NCBI GenBank assembly: GCA_963745025.1
Contig: CAVUWD010000002.1
Location: forward strand, 32,001 to 96,000
Reading direction: 5' to 3'
Length of the DNA: 64,000 bases
From: an uncultured delta proteobacterium
GTDB taxonomy: Bacteria > Desulfobacterota > Binatia > JACPRU01
Position 1 is the first letter of the stretch; each line of letters begins with the position of its first letter. Under the pieces are notes generated by a model, which was not told the origin of the DNA, ran no database searches, and worked only from the letters and a program-made list of their open reading frames with translations. Of the stretch, positions 40,821-49,458 are shown piece by piece. Made by a program: the position numbers and the translations under genes.

Positions 40821-41186
40821 GACCAACCGCCGGCAAAGGCGGGCGACCAGGGGGGCAGTCCATGTCCGAACCATTGTGGAAGAAACTGGGCGAGGTCGGT
40901 CGGACCAGAGCATCGCTGCAAAAGGTGTGGAGTAATAGGCGAGTGATCTATGAGGAGAATTTCAGCTCTCCACACCCCTAGACCAGCAGCTTCCTGAAAA
41001 ACTCGGTATCCCCGGGTCGATAAGACATCGGAACTGCGCCGCTTGTACGAGTGCGACAAATGCTTGTTCAGGGCTCAGTCCGTTGCACCAGTTGCGCCGA
41101 CCACGAGCGGTCGCAATACCTGCTCGTGGAGAGCTACTCATGCTAGGGGCGAGGATCAGCAGGCGCAGACTTCCTGTCGCGTTTCT

Positions 41187-41501
41187 CTATGCCGGCGCGC
41201 GGTCTGCGCTGCCGGTCGGTGCTGTGATTCTGTGGACCTTGATGCGGTGAGCCGTCTTCTCGGCCTGGGCAAGATCGTACTGCATCTGGAGGCCAAGCCA
41301 GACCTCCGGGCGGCTGCCGAAGGCCTTGGACAGACGTATCGACATCTGCGGGGAGATCCCGGCCTTGCCGTTGACGAGGTTATTGAGGGTCTGGCGCTTC
41401 ACGCCAAGCCGCTCGGCCGCCTCAGTGATGCTGAGGCCCAGAGGTTCAATGCACTCTTGCCGGACGATTCTGCCGGGATGCGGTGGGTTCTTCATGGGCA
41501 T
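41187..41501 (-). CDS. higA: HigA antitoxin
   Basis: MKNPPHPG..LSITEAAERLGV..ISPQMSIRLSKAFG..WLGLQMQYD. Confidence 0.92.
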   Translation of the reverse strand: MPMKNPPHPGRIVRQECIEPLGLSITEAAERLGVKRQTLNNLVNGKAGISPQMSIRLSKAFGSRPEVWLGLQMQYDLAQAEKTAHRIKVHRITAPTGSADRAPA

Positions 41502-41515
41502 CGCCTTTTTCCTTC

Positions 41516-41680
41516 TTAGTGGTAGTCGATCAGGTCGACGTCGTAAGTGTCGCCTTCCTGGAATCGGAAGATGACGCACCAGTTCGCCCGACTGTCACGC
41601 TCCAAAACCCTTGAGATCGCCTTTCAGGGGGTGGAGCCGGAAACCGCGCAGGTTCATGTCTTCAGGTTGGCGGATGCTCG
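41516..41680 (-). pseudogene. higB: HigB toxin C-terminal remnant
   Basis: Own translation PEDMNLRGFRLHPLKGDLKGF/WSVTV/NWCVIFRFQEGDTYDVDLIDYH*; N-terminus missing. Confidence 0.8.
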
Positions 41681-41810
41681 AGGAGCTCTTTGGAGACTTT
41701 CCGTTTTCGGTGGACGCCGACCGAGCGCATGCACTGGGCGCGCTTCTCTACCCATTCGCTCGTGAGGTCATCGACTCGCCGTTGCCGCTTCACATGGTCG
41801 ATGCCCCCAA
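41674..41810 (+). pseudogene. Fragment resembling a phage/plasmid primase-helicase segment just before Walker A
   Basis: LEELFGDFPF..DADRAHALGALLYPFAREVI..PLHMVDAP. Confidence 0.5.
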
Positions 41811-41911
41811 CGCCCTGACCGAGCTTTCGTGTCCTTATTGTAGGATTTCCGCATGGGGTGGTGTCGGAGGTAGTCCGCGAGCTCAACGACCTTCGAGCAT
41901 CCCGCTCCTCA

Positions 41912-41946
41912 TTGACGTAGTCACCGCGACCGCCTATCGTGACTAC
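41912..41946 (+). promoter_or_regulatory. Sigma70 promoter with overlapping operator, leaderless start
   Basis: TTGACG-N17-TATCGT; inverted repeat GTAGTCAC/GTGACTAC; ATG 6 nt after the -10. Confidence 0.75.
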
Positions 41947-42234
41947 ATGAGTAAGGTCGACAAGATCGTCGGCGTCCGCGAGGTCCGTGCCAGGATGAGC
42001 GCTTACCTTCGTGCCGTGGCGCATGGGGAGTCGATCACGATCGCCGACCGCCGCAAGAAGCCCATCGCGCGTCTGGTTCCCATAGAGACGAATCCCGAGC
42101 GGGAAGCGCTGCGCCGCCTCGCATCGATGGGCGCGATTACACTGGGAGTCGGCAGGCCCGGACGAAACCCGCCGCTGAGATTGCGGCGCAAGGGACGTCT
42201 CGTCTCCGACATGATAATCGAAGATCGGCGGTGA
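41947..42234 (+). CDS. vapB: Phd/YefM antitoxin
   Basis: VGVREVRARMSAYLRAV..GESITI..PIARLVP. Confidence 0.88.
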   Translation: MSKVDKIVGVREVRARMSAYLRAVAHGESITIADRRKKPIARLVPIETNPEREALRRLASMGAITLGVGRPGRNPPLRLRRKGRLVSDMIIEDRR

Positions 42235-42653
42235 TCCTCTATCTCGACGCCAGCGCGGTCGTGAAGGTTTACGTGGCCGAGACGGCGTCCGACAGGGTTC
42301 GCGAGCTCGTTGTCGCGGCCGATGGTCTCTTGACGGTGCGCATCAGCTACGCGGAGGTGCGCGCCGCCTTTGCTCGCGCTCGCCGCGAGCGTCTGCTTTC
42401 CGCGGCAGATCTCCGCGCGCTGACTCGAGCATTCGATGAGGACTGGGCGCGATACTCGATCGTCGAGGTGAGCGATGCCGTCGTTCGTCAGGCAGCCTCG
42501 CTCAGCGAGCGTCACGCGCTGCGTGGATATGATGCCGTGCAGCTCGCGGCCGCACTCGCCGCGGGTCAGGCGATCGACACGATTCGATTCGTGTGCTTCG
42601 ACGAGCGGCTGGCGCGCGCTGCGCGTCGAGAGGGCCTGGCGATCGCGGTGTGA
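42231..42653 (+). CDS. vapC: PIN-domain toxin
   Basis: YLDASAVVK, YAEV, LRGYDAVQLA, FDERL. Confidence 0.92.
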   Translation: MILYLDASAVVKVYVAETASDRVRELVVAADGLLTVRISYAEVRAAFARARRERLLSAADLRALTRAFDEDWARYSIVEVSDAVVRQAASLSERHALRGYDAVQLAAALAAGQAIDTIRFVCFDERLARAARREGLAIAV

Positions 42654-42730
42654 ACGGCGGTCGCTTCTAGCTCAGGCGTCCGAAACACTGACCCGTCCTC
42701 TCAGTAGATGAGATCTTCGGTCCACCTTGC

Positions 42731-42774
42731 TGTCGCGGTAGGGGCCGAGGGCAACCCCAGTCCCTACCGCGACA
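42731..42774. repeat. 13-bp perfect hairpin resembling a group II intron domain VI end
   Basis: TGTCGCGGTAGGG..GCAA..CCCTACCGCGACA. Confidence 0.5.
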
Positions 42775-42847
42775 CACACAGGAGGTGAGGGAGAGCGAAG
42801 CGGTTCCGTCCAAAGGACGATCCGGCAGCTGGCCGAGCGTGCAATAC

Positions 42848-43288
42848 TCAGCGCGTCCGTTTCCCGGGCGTCCTTCGCGGGGCGCCGAGACGCTTCTCGG
42901 CTCGCCGTAAGAGGATAGATTTCGCCGGTCTTCCCGGGAATGTGCGCCTTAGAAGCGCGTACCGGTCAGCTCGATTCTTGCAGCCCTTGAGGAGCGCGCG
43001 AACGCGACGAAGGTCTTCCTCGCGCCTTCTCGCCCGATAGGCGATGACGTATTCCGAACGCTTCTTGGCGGACGGCACTCCGCGGCCCTTGCAAGCTGCG
43101 GAGCAATACTTTTGAGGTCTCCCCCTGACGCTTCGCGTGAAGATCCGCCGACAGCCACGCACGAGGCAGACTCCGAAAGCAAACTTCCGGTCCCTAGTTA
43201 CTGCCAGCAGCGCGGCCGCGGTGAGGTCACCTAGCTCCGCCGATGCGATCTGCCACGAGATCCTATCCCCACTTCTGCGCAACACCAT
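42848..43288 (-). CDS. CGNR-like zinc-finger protein, probably truncated
   Basis: CLVRGC.RIF..RGRPQKYCSAAC. Confidence 0.5.
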   Translation of the reverse strand: MVLRRSGDRISWQIASAELGDLTAAALLAVTRDRKFAFGVCLVRGCRRIFTRSVRGRPQKYCSAACKGRGVPSAKKRSEYVIAYRARRREEDLRRVRALLKGCKNRADRYALLRRTFPGRPAKSILLRRAEKRLGAPRRTPGKRTR

Positions 43289-43513
43289 CTCAGCCGAACT
43301 GGATGCTCGATGTCAGCCCCGATGGCAGAGCCGGTACTAACGCGCCGAAAGCCAAACGGCGCCGAGGGTCTGTGCTAGCAGTTCCTTGAATTGCTGTTGT
43401 CGCAAGCAAAGGCGGTCGAGAAGCCGGTCTCTCGGTATCGCTGCGACTAGGTTCGTGACGGCTTCGCCAGTCATCGCGATCAGCACGTTCCTGAATCTGT
43501 CGAGCATTTGATC

Positions 43514-43657
43514 GACCGCGTCCTCGAGGCGGCGGCAGAGGGCAAGGCCGACGTGATCGTGTCGGGCGACCGACATCTCTTGCGCCTCAAGGCCTGGCGG
43601 AGCATCTCGATCGAGTCACCGGCCGCGTTCATCGCGCGGTTGGGCGAGCCGGCGTGA
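43514..43657 (+). pseudogene. PIN toxin C-terminal remnant
   Basis: Own translation DRVLEAAAEGKADVIVSGDRHLLRL..SPAAF. Confidence 0.7.
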
Positions 43658-43715
43658 AGGGGCAAGGGGTAAGGAAGGACGGCGACGCGGCGAGAAAGAA
43701 CCCGGGTTGCCGATC

Positions 43716-43947
43716 TCAGGGATTAGGGACCTCGTGTTCTTGCACGAGCAGCGGCCAGTGCCTCCTCCGGGCCGGGACCGTGGCTCGGAAGTGGCGAAAA
43801 TCCCAGGTGAGAATCAGGCCGCCGCGGGTCGCGGCCATCGCCATCACGATCGCATCGACCAAATCGAGCCCGCTCTGTCCGTACCTCTCGACCAGGTCGA
43901 GAGCGCGACCGTGTTCGCCGTCCGTCGGCCTGTCGAGCGAGTGCTGC
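43716..43947 (-). pseudogene. Second PIN toxin C-terminal remnant
   Basis: Own translation RALDLVERYGQSGLDLVDAIVMAMAA..ILTWDFRHF. Confidence 0.7.
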
Positions 43948-44067
43948 CTCGACGCAGGCGTCGAAAAGCCGTGCCATCGCCAAGGCTTTAGACATGACCC
44001 CCTTCTCGAATGGGCAGACGAACATCGCGGTGAACTCGGCAGCGCCGCGATCTGGTTTGCCCTCGCA

Positions 44068-44081
44068 TAGCACGCGTGCTA
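44068..44081. promoter_or_regulatory. Perfect 14-bp palindromic operator
   Basis: TAGCACGCGTGCTA just upstream of the antitoxin ATG. Confidence 0.65.
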
Positions 44082-44092
44082 CACGAGAGGAC

Positions 44093-44344
44093 ATGTCGCG
44101 CACCATCACGCAACGCGAGCTCCGCAACGACAGCGGAAAGATCATGCGCGCGCTCGACGCTGGCAAGACGTTCATCGTGACGCGCAACGGCGTGCCGGCG
44201 GCGGAGCTGCGTCCAATCGAGCGCCGCAGGTTCGTGTTGACGTCCACCCTGCTCGAGACCGCGGCCGTGCTGGCGCGGGTGAAAGCCGACCGGTTCTTCG
44301 CCGACCTCGACAGGCGTCTCGATCAGCACCTCCGCAATGGCTGA
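44093..44344 (+). CDS. vapB: Phd/YefM antitoxin
   Basis: ITQRELRNDSGKIMR..FIVTRNGVPAAELRP. Confidence 0.9.
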   Translation: MSRTITQRELRNDSGKIMRALDAGKTFIVTRNGVPAAELRPIERRRFVLTSTLLETAAVLARVKADRFFADLDRRLDQHLRNG

Positions 44345-44747
44345 AGCCGCCACTCGCGACCGCGGCCTCCTCGACACCTCGGTGGTGATCGACCTCCCGA
44401 GCATCGATCCTTCGCACCTGCCGGCCGAGTCTGCGATTTCCGCGCTAACGCTTGCGGAACTTGCCGCCGGACCACACGCCACACGGGACCCGGGTGAGCG
44501 CGCCCGGCGCCAGCAGCGTCTCCAGTGGGCCGAGGCGACGTTCGATCCACTCCCGTTCGACCTAAGCGCAGCGCGCACCTTTGGCGTCGTGTTCGCAGCG
44601 GTCCAGAGGGCGGGCCGCAGAGGCCGTCGCCGAGTCGTCGACCTAATGATCGCGTCGGTTGCCGTCGCGAACGGTCTGCCGCTCTACACGCGCAACGCAG
44701 AAGACTTTCGAGGGCTCGCACGAGTCGTCCAGGTCATCGAGTGCTGA
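44337..44747 (+). CDS. vapC: PIN-domain toxin
   Basis: LLDTSVVID, TLAEL, DLMIA, LYTRNAEDF. Confidence 0.92.
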   Translation: MAEAATRDRGLLDTSVVIDLPSIDPSHLPAESAISALTLAELAAGPHATRDPGERARRQQRLQWAEATFDPLPFDLSAARTFGVVFAAVQRAGRRGRRRVVDLMIASVAVANGLPLYTRNAEDFRGLARVVQVIEC

Positions 44748-44774
44748 GTCGGTGCCTCTGAGGCTTTCGGCCCC

Positions 44775-44940
44775 GAGCCGATCGGCACGCCGCCGAGGCC
44801 GATCGCTTCAGGTCGCCGTCCTGGTTGAACACGAAGAGTGGACGATAGCAGGGGCAGGCGAAGTGGCCGCTGTACACGGTGCCTTTCTGCGTCCCGTACG
44901 TCGGGCTCACGCTGCCGTCGATGTCGAGCACCAGCACCGT
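44775..44940 (-). mobile_element. IS1380-family transposase fragment
   Basis: VLDIDGSVSPTYGTQKGTVYSGHFACPCYRPLFVFNQDGDL. Confidence 0.75.
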
Positions 44941-45067
44941 CCCGACACGTCGAGCTTGCGCGACACCGCGAACTACGACCCCGCGCGTGGCCCCGAGCTG
45001 GATCTGGATCTGCTGCGCGACTATTATCGGCTCTTCGATCGCGAGGCAGAGTTCGAAAAGTGGATTC

Positions 45068-45271
45068 GTGAATCGAGCAGACGCTGATCCACGGGCAAAC
45101 GCTCGCCCGCCCATCGTCGGGAGTCGATTTCGACGCCGCGAGGAACTGCGGTCTACCCGGCCGGTCGACGACCTTGACGAGTTCCTAGCGTTTCTTGCCG
45201 AGTTGGAGAAGGTATTCGGCCCGGTCCCGAAGTCGCCGCGCATTACCCGGGGAAGTCGCTTCGTCCTGTGA
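45068..45271 (+). CDS. Small hypothetical protein downstream of a truncated ORF; possible NTase-type TA remnant
   Basis: LDEFLAFLAELEKVFG; overlaps the stub LDLDLLRDYYRLFDRE. Confidence 0.35.
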   Translation: MNRADADPRANARPPIVGSRFRRREELRSTRPVDDLDEFLAFLAELEKVFGPVPKSPRITRGSRFVL

Positions 45272-45449
45272 GCCGTCAACACGTTGTCGTCTCGGGATGC
45301 GAGGACGCGAGCCGAACGACATGGAGCTGAGACTTCTACTGACCCATGCCCTCTTGGTTGACTGGAGAATAGGACAACGATTACGCCTCGGGCTGCGGCC
45401 CTGACTCCATCGCACTGGGCGAAAACAACAGGTGAGGCGGAAACCTAGG

Positions 45450-45767
45450 ATGAAAAGGCGCGGCGAGAGGCGGACAGAGAAGACTTTTTCGCTCCACTGG
45501 AGAAGCGGGGTGATCGAGGAAGAGGTGCGGATCGCCACGCCCTATCACTTGCCCACGATCCAGCTCCTCAAGTTCACAGCGGGACCAGCGTCGGGGAGCC
45601 ACGCGGTTCGCTTCTGCCACTACGACGCCCGCGGGCGGTTCCAGCGCTCGCCGCTGATCGTCGAGGAGAAGGACTTCGCGATGCTCTCGAAGGCGCTGGC
45701 GAAGGCTCGAAAACTGCGAACGATCTTGGCCACGTTCGGCTCATCGCGGCGCCGAGCGTTTCGCTAG
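45450..45767 (+). CDS. Hypothetical protein
   Basis: ATG ORF with protein-like composition (TIQLLKF..VRFCHY..FQRSPLIV). Confidence 0.5.
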   Translation: MKRRGERRTEKTFSLHWRSGVIEEEVRIATPYHLPTIQLLKFTAGPASGSHAVRFCHYDARGRFQRSPLIVEEKDFAMLSKALAKARKLRTILATFGSSRRRAFR

Positions 45768-45811
45768 CCGCGTGATGGCAGGAGAGCGCAGATGACCATC
45801 GAACTCAGGAC

Positions 45812-46243
45812 GTGAAATTGAACTACATCACAGTCGCCGAAGCGCGCAGGATGTCAGGCTTGCGTATCGTCCTGGGTGCCTATCCGATCCCGGGGCCGTG
45901 GCGCGAATCGTGTAAAGGCGTCTTTTACGTGAAGGGTCTGAGATACGTGCCGGTGCGCACCGGGAACGACGGCTCGTCCGATCTTTCGGTCGGCATGGGC
46001 GGCACGCAGACGGAACTGATCGATTGGACCGGACAGGCTAGCGCCCCGGTCGTCGCCTGGAACGACGAACGACCGCGCGCGAGCTGGATCGATCAGTTGA
46101 ACCTCGCCGAGCGCCTGGCGCCGAACCCGCCCTTGATTCCAGTGGACATCGACGAGCGCGCCCGGATGTTCGGTCTCGCCAACGAACTCCTCGGCGAGAA
46201 CGGGCTGGTCTGGGTGAAGCCGCATCGGCCGGAAGCGTTGTGA
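45812..46243 (+). pseudogene. GST-N/thioredoxin-like protein, C-terminally truncated
   Basis: PGPWRESCKGVFYVKG, WTGQASAPV, LAERLAP.PPLIP; ends abruptly. Confidence 0.5.
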
Positions 46244-46335
46244 CTCGTGGTGCCCGATCTGCAATTGCGGGCATGTAACTTGCTGCTGCCGATATTTCAA
46301 AAGGTCATAGCAGCATTGCCATTGATGCCGCGACG

Positions 46336-46461
46336 CGCAGCGCGTCACGCTCGCTGAGCGAGGCTGCCTCACGAACGACGGCATCGCTCACCGCGACGAT
46401 CGAGTATCGCGCCCAGTCCTCATCGAATGCTCGAGTTCAGCGCGCGGAGATCCGCCGCGGA
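46336..46461 (-). repeat. Inverted partial copy of the vapC at 42399-42523
   Basis: Reverse complement near-identical over ~125 bp. Confidence 0.85.
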
Positions 46462-47110
46462 CATCCTAGATTTGAGAAATATTGGCTGGCTTTGTCCCAT
46501 TGATAAGAAGCAAACGAGATGGAGCGCTGCGGCGTGCACCACAGCCGGGTTTGGGAGATGAGAAGGAGATGAGAAGCTGAACCGCGCTCGCATCGTCTCC
46601 GACAACTATTTCGCCAGCGGAGCTCGACGGCCGTTAGCTCTGCGACGGCGGCGTGTCGAGCAACACACCGATCGCGACGGCGATCGGGCTCGGCGCGGCG
46701 GCGAGCAAGGCGAAGCTCGCGGGCAAGAGGGCGGGAACGAGGTAAGGCGTGCGGCGGGCCGGTCGGAGAGGCGCGAGCGCCAGCCAGTCGTAGAGCAAGC
46801 CTGCGATTTTCGTCGTCGTGACGAGGCGCCAGCCTCCGTTACCGCCGGCGCCGGCGGCATCTTCTCTTGGACATGCGGGAGGAAACCCAAGCGGCTGTGG
46901 AACTCGGACGACTCCTCGAGCACCGCGTGCTCAGGCTCCGGCGTCGAGACGAGGAAGGCCGAGAATCTTCCGCGATGGCGCGAAAGGGTGCGTGCGATTG
47001 GTGCGAAACGAGTCAGCAGTCCGACGTGGTACGTCGTAATAGGGAAGTCGAGGTTCGGCAACCGCTACACCGGCACAGCGTATGCTAACGCTCATGGTGA
47101 GGAGGATGCT

Positions 47111-48346
47111 ATGCGAATCCCTATCGTGCCGATCTTGGTCGCAATGTTAGCCGCAAGCGTGAGCGCGGTGGCTGGGAGCGGAGACGTCAGGGACGATACC
47201 GAACGGTCCTTCTTCCCGTACCAGGAGGCCGCCGCACTACCGGAAGTGCCGCCGGTGCTTTCCAAGGGGAATTGGCAAAAGGCGGAGGGCCTGCTCCCCG
47301 TCGAGCTCCTCGAGAAGGTCAAGAGCGGAGAGCTCGAGATTCGCACGCAACAGACCACCGATCTGCCGCTGAGCGCGGCGTACATCGAAGCGACGCGGCG
47401 AAACGGCGATCAGGTGCGGCTTGGCCAGGATGGAAACCTCGTAGGCTACGTCGCCGGTCGTCCGTTTCCACGAATCGACCCAGCCGACCCTCAAGCGGGT
47501 CTCAAGCTCGCCTGGAACTCTCGCTATCGCGACACGGTCGGTTCCGCGCAGGCGTGGGGAGTGTTCCGATTCATCGGCCCATCCGGGGAAGAGATCCGGC
47601 ATCAGATCGAGTTTTACTATGCCATAGCCTACGGTATGCACCGTGGCGACCCGAAGGCCAACCTCTGGGATGGCTCGGGGATCCTGTTCAAGGAACTCTA
47701 TCAATGCCTGGCGCCCGAGGACGTCAAGAACGTGATGCAGCTCACGTTCCGCTACGACGACGATAGGAGCAGCGATCTGAATTTCGCCTACGTGCGGGAG
47801 ATGCACAAGGTGCGTCAGATCAACGTCGACCCGCGAGAGCGGGCAATGTCGAGCGAGATCTTGAACGAGGATTTCTACGGCTTCTGGGGATATCTCCACG
47901 AGCACGACTGGCGCTTGCTCGGCCGCGCGACGCTGCTGGCGCCGGTTGGGGTGAAGGCCGCGAAGTCCACCTACTCACCGGGTCGCGGGTACCCGGCCGA
48001 CCCTTGGGAGCCCAGGAGGATGCTCGTGCTGGAAGCTACGCCCAGAGTGCCGAGCCACCCCTATGGGAAGCGGGTGCTCTACGTCGACGAGCAGATGGGT
48101 GTGCCGCTGTACGTGCTGGCCTACGATCAGCAGGGGCGGCACTACAAGACCCTCTTCACGCTCTATGGGAATCCGGCCTTCAGCCCCGGCAACGAACAGG
48201 TCCGCGCGCCGCTGTGGTTGGGAACTTCAGCGGTCAATCATGCAAGCCACGAGGCTTCGGTAACGGTGATGAACCGGATCGTCCTGCAGACGCGGGTCCA
48301 AGAAGACCTCTTCACCATCGGCCAGCTCGCTCAACTCGCCCGATAA
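47111..48346 (+). CDS. DUF1329 family exported protein
   Basis: Signal peptide; YVAGRPFP.IDPADPQAGLKLAWN, RKVR-like motif, WEPR, HPYGKRVLYVD. Confidence 0.85.
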   Translation: MRIPIVPILVAMLAASVSAVAGSGDVRDDTERSFFPYQEAAALPEVPPVLSKGNWQKAEGLLPVELLEKVKSGELEIRTQQTTDLPLSAAYIEATRRNGDQVRLGQDGNLVGYVAGRPFPRIDPADPQAGLKLAWNSRYRDTVGSAQAWGVFRFIGPSGEEIRHQIEFYYAIAYGMHRGDPKANLWDGSGILFKELYQCLAPEDVKNVMQLTFRYDDDRSSDLNFAYVREMHKVRQINVDPRERAMSSEILNEDFYGFWGYLHEHDWRLLGRATLLAPVGVKAAKSTYSPGRGYPADPWEPRRMLVLEATPRVPSHPYGKRVLYVDEQMGVPLYVLAYDQQGRHYKTLFTLYGNPAFSPGNEQVRAPLWLGTSAVNHASHEASVTVMNRIVLQTRVQEDLFTIGQLAQLAR

Positions 48347-48465
48347 CCCGCCAGCCCCATATCGTGTTCGCGGAACGTCGTTCTCGGCGACGAGCTTACG
48401 TATTGTCGGGTCCTCCTCGCAGTTTGAACCACGTGGTGCAAATTCAGTCGATCGGGTCCAGAAGT

Positions 48466-48897
48466 TCAGGGCACTATCTCGAGCGGATGGTCGTAGCGCT
48501 CACCGACCAAGATCGCGCCGAAGTCTCTGCGGTCGATCGTGAGGACCCGGTATACACCTCGCCGCTCTGCAACGGCTCCGACCATCCCATCGACGAGGCC
48601 GAGCCGCAGCGATGCGAATCGTGCGTCGATTTCCAGCGCGCGAACCAGGTCGAGCGGCTCCACCGGCTCGAGCTCGTATCGCGTTCGCGGGTCGAGAATC
48701 TCGGCGACGAGCTTTCGCATCGCCCGGCGCTCCTCGCGTAAGAAGTAGTCGACCTCCGCAAGCACGAGAGCTGGAACGATGATTGCCGACGCCGTACGTA
48801 GCGCGCGCGCGTATTCGGGCCAAGTCGGCCGATCGTCGGCACGCGCCGCCAACGCGCGGAGCAGACCTCCGGTATCGGCAACGAGTGGTCGGCTCAA
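48466..48897 (-). CDS. vapC: PIN-domain toxin
   Basis: VADTGGL, VLAEVDY, LGLVDG, LTIDRRDF. Confidence 0.9.
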   Translation of the reverse strand: MSRPLVADTGGLLRALAARADDRPTWPEYARALRTASAIIVPALVLAEVDYFLREERRAMRKLVAEILDPRTRYELEPVEPLDLVRALEIDARFASLRLGLVDGMVGAVAERRGVYRVLTIDRRDFGAILVGERYDHPLEIVP

Positions 48898-49121
48898 TGT
48901 TCGAGCTCGGCGAAGAGCTCTGACTCGTCACCGAGCTTCAGCGATGTCGAGACGAATAGACCTGTCGTCGGGGGTTTGCGCCGCTTGTAGTAACGCGCCG
49001 CCACGATGCGCAGGCCCTTGCGGAGCAGTTCCGATGCCGAATGCCCGTCCGCACGCGCCCGAGCCAGGGCATCGGCGTCCTCGGGATCGAGACGGATGGT
49101 CGTGCTCACCTTCGTTGCCAT
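48894..49121 (-). CDS. vapB: Ribbon-helix-helix antitoxin; TGTATGGC direct repeat at its start
   Basis: TTIRLD..SASELLRKGL; overlaps vapC. Confidence 0.8.
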   Translation of the reverse strand: MATKVSTTIRLDPEDADALARARADGHSASELLRKGLRIVAARYYKRRKPPTTGLFVSTSLKLGDESELFAELEH

Positions 49122-49458
49122 ACATTCGCCATACAACACGACGCTGGGGCAATCAACCAAAGTCTGGGGCGGGCGCGGCCGACCGCGGGGCGAACGCTGG
49201 TAACCAACCGTGACCACACGGTTCCTGACGTCGAAGGCGATGTCTGGGCGCCTCATCATCAGCCCAGAAGGGGTAGTCCCCCCGAGACCGTCGCAGTCGC
49301 ATCCCCGTTCGCCCAAACCCCTTCACCCATCTCGATCCTGGGCTTCACCTTTTGATAGGTTTCATGAAGCAGTTCGGAACCTTCCCGACCGACGAAAGAC
49401 GAGGCATGACCGAGTCCCGCGCCATCGCCGTTGCGATACTTGGAGATCCTCCCACGCC

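Noticed and set aside
41611-42234. 207-aa extended antitoxin fusion
   Set aside because: The promoter/operator sits directly before ATG 41947; the upstream part is an unrelated fragment that happens to be in frame
46606-47061. Possible gene upstream of DUF1329
   Set aside because: No recognisable motif in any frame; left unannotated
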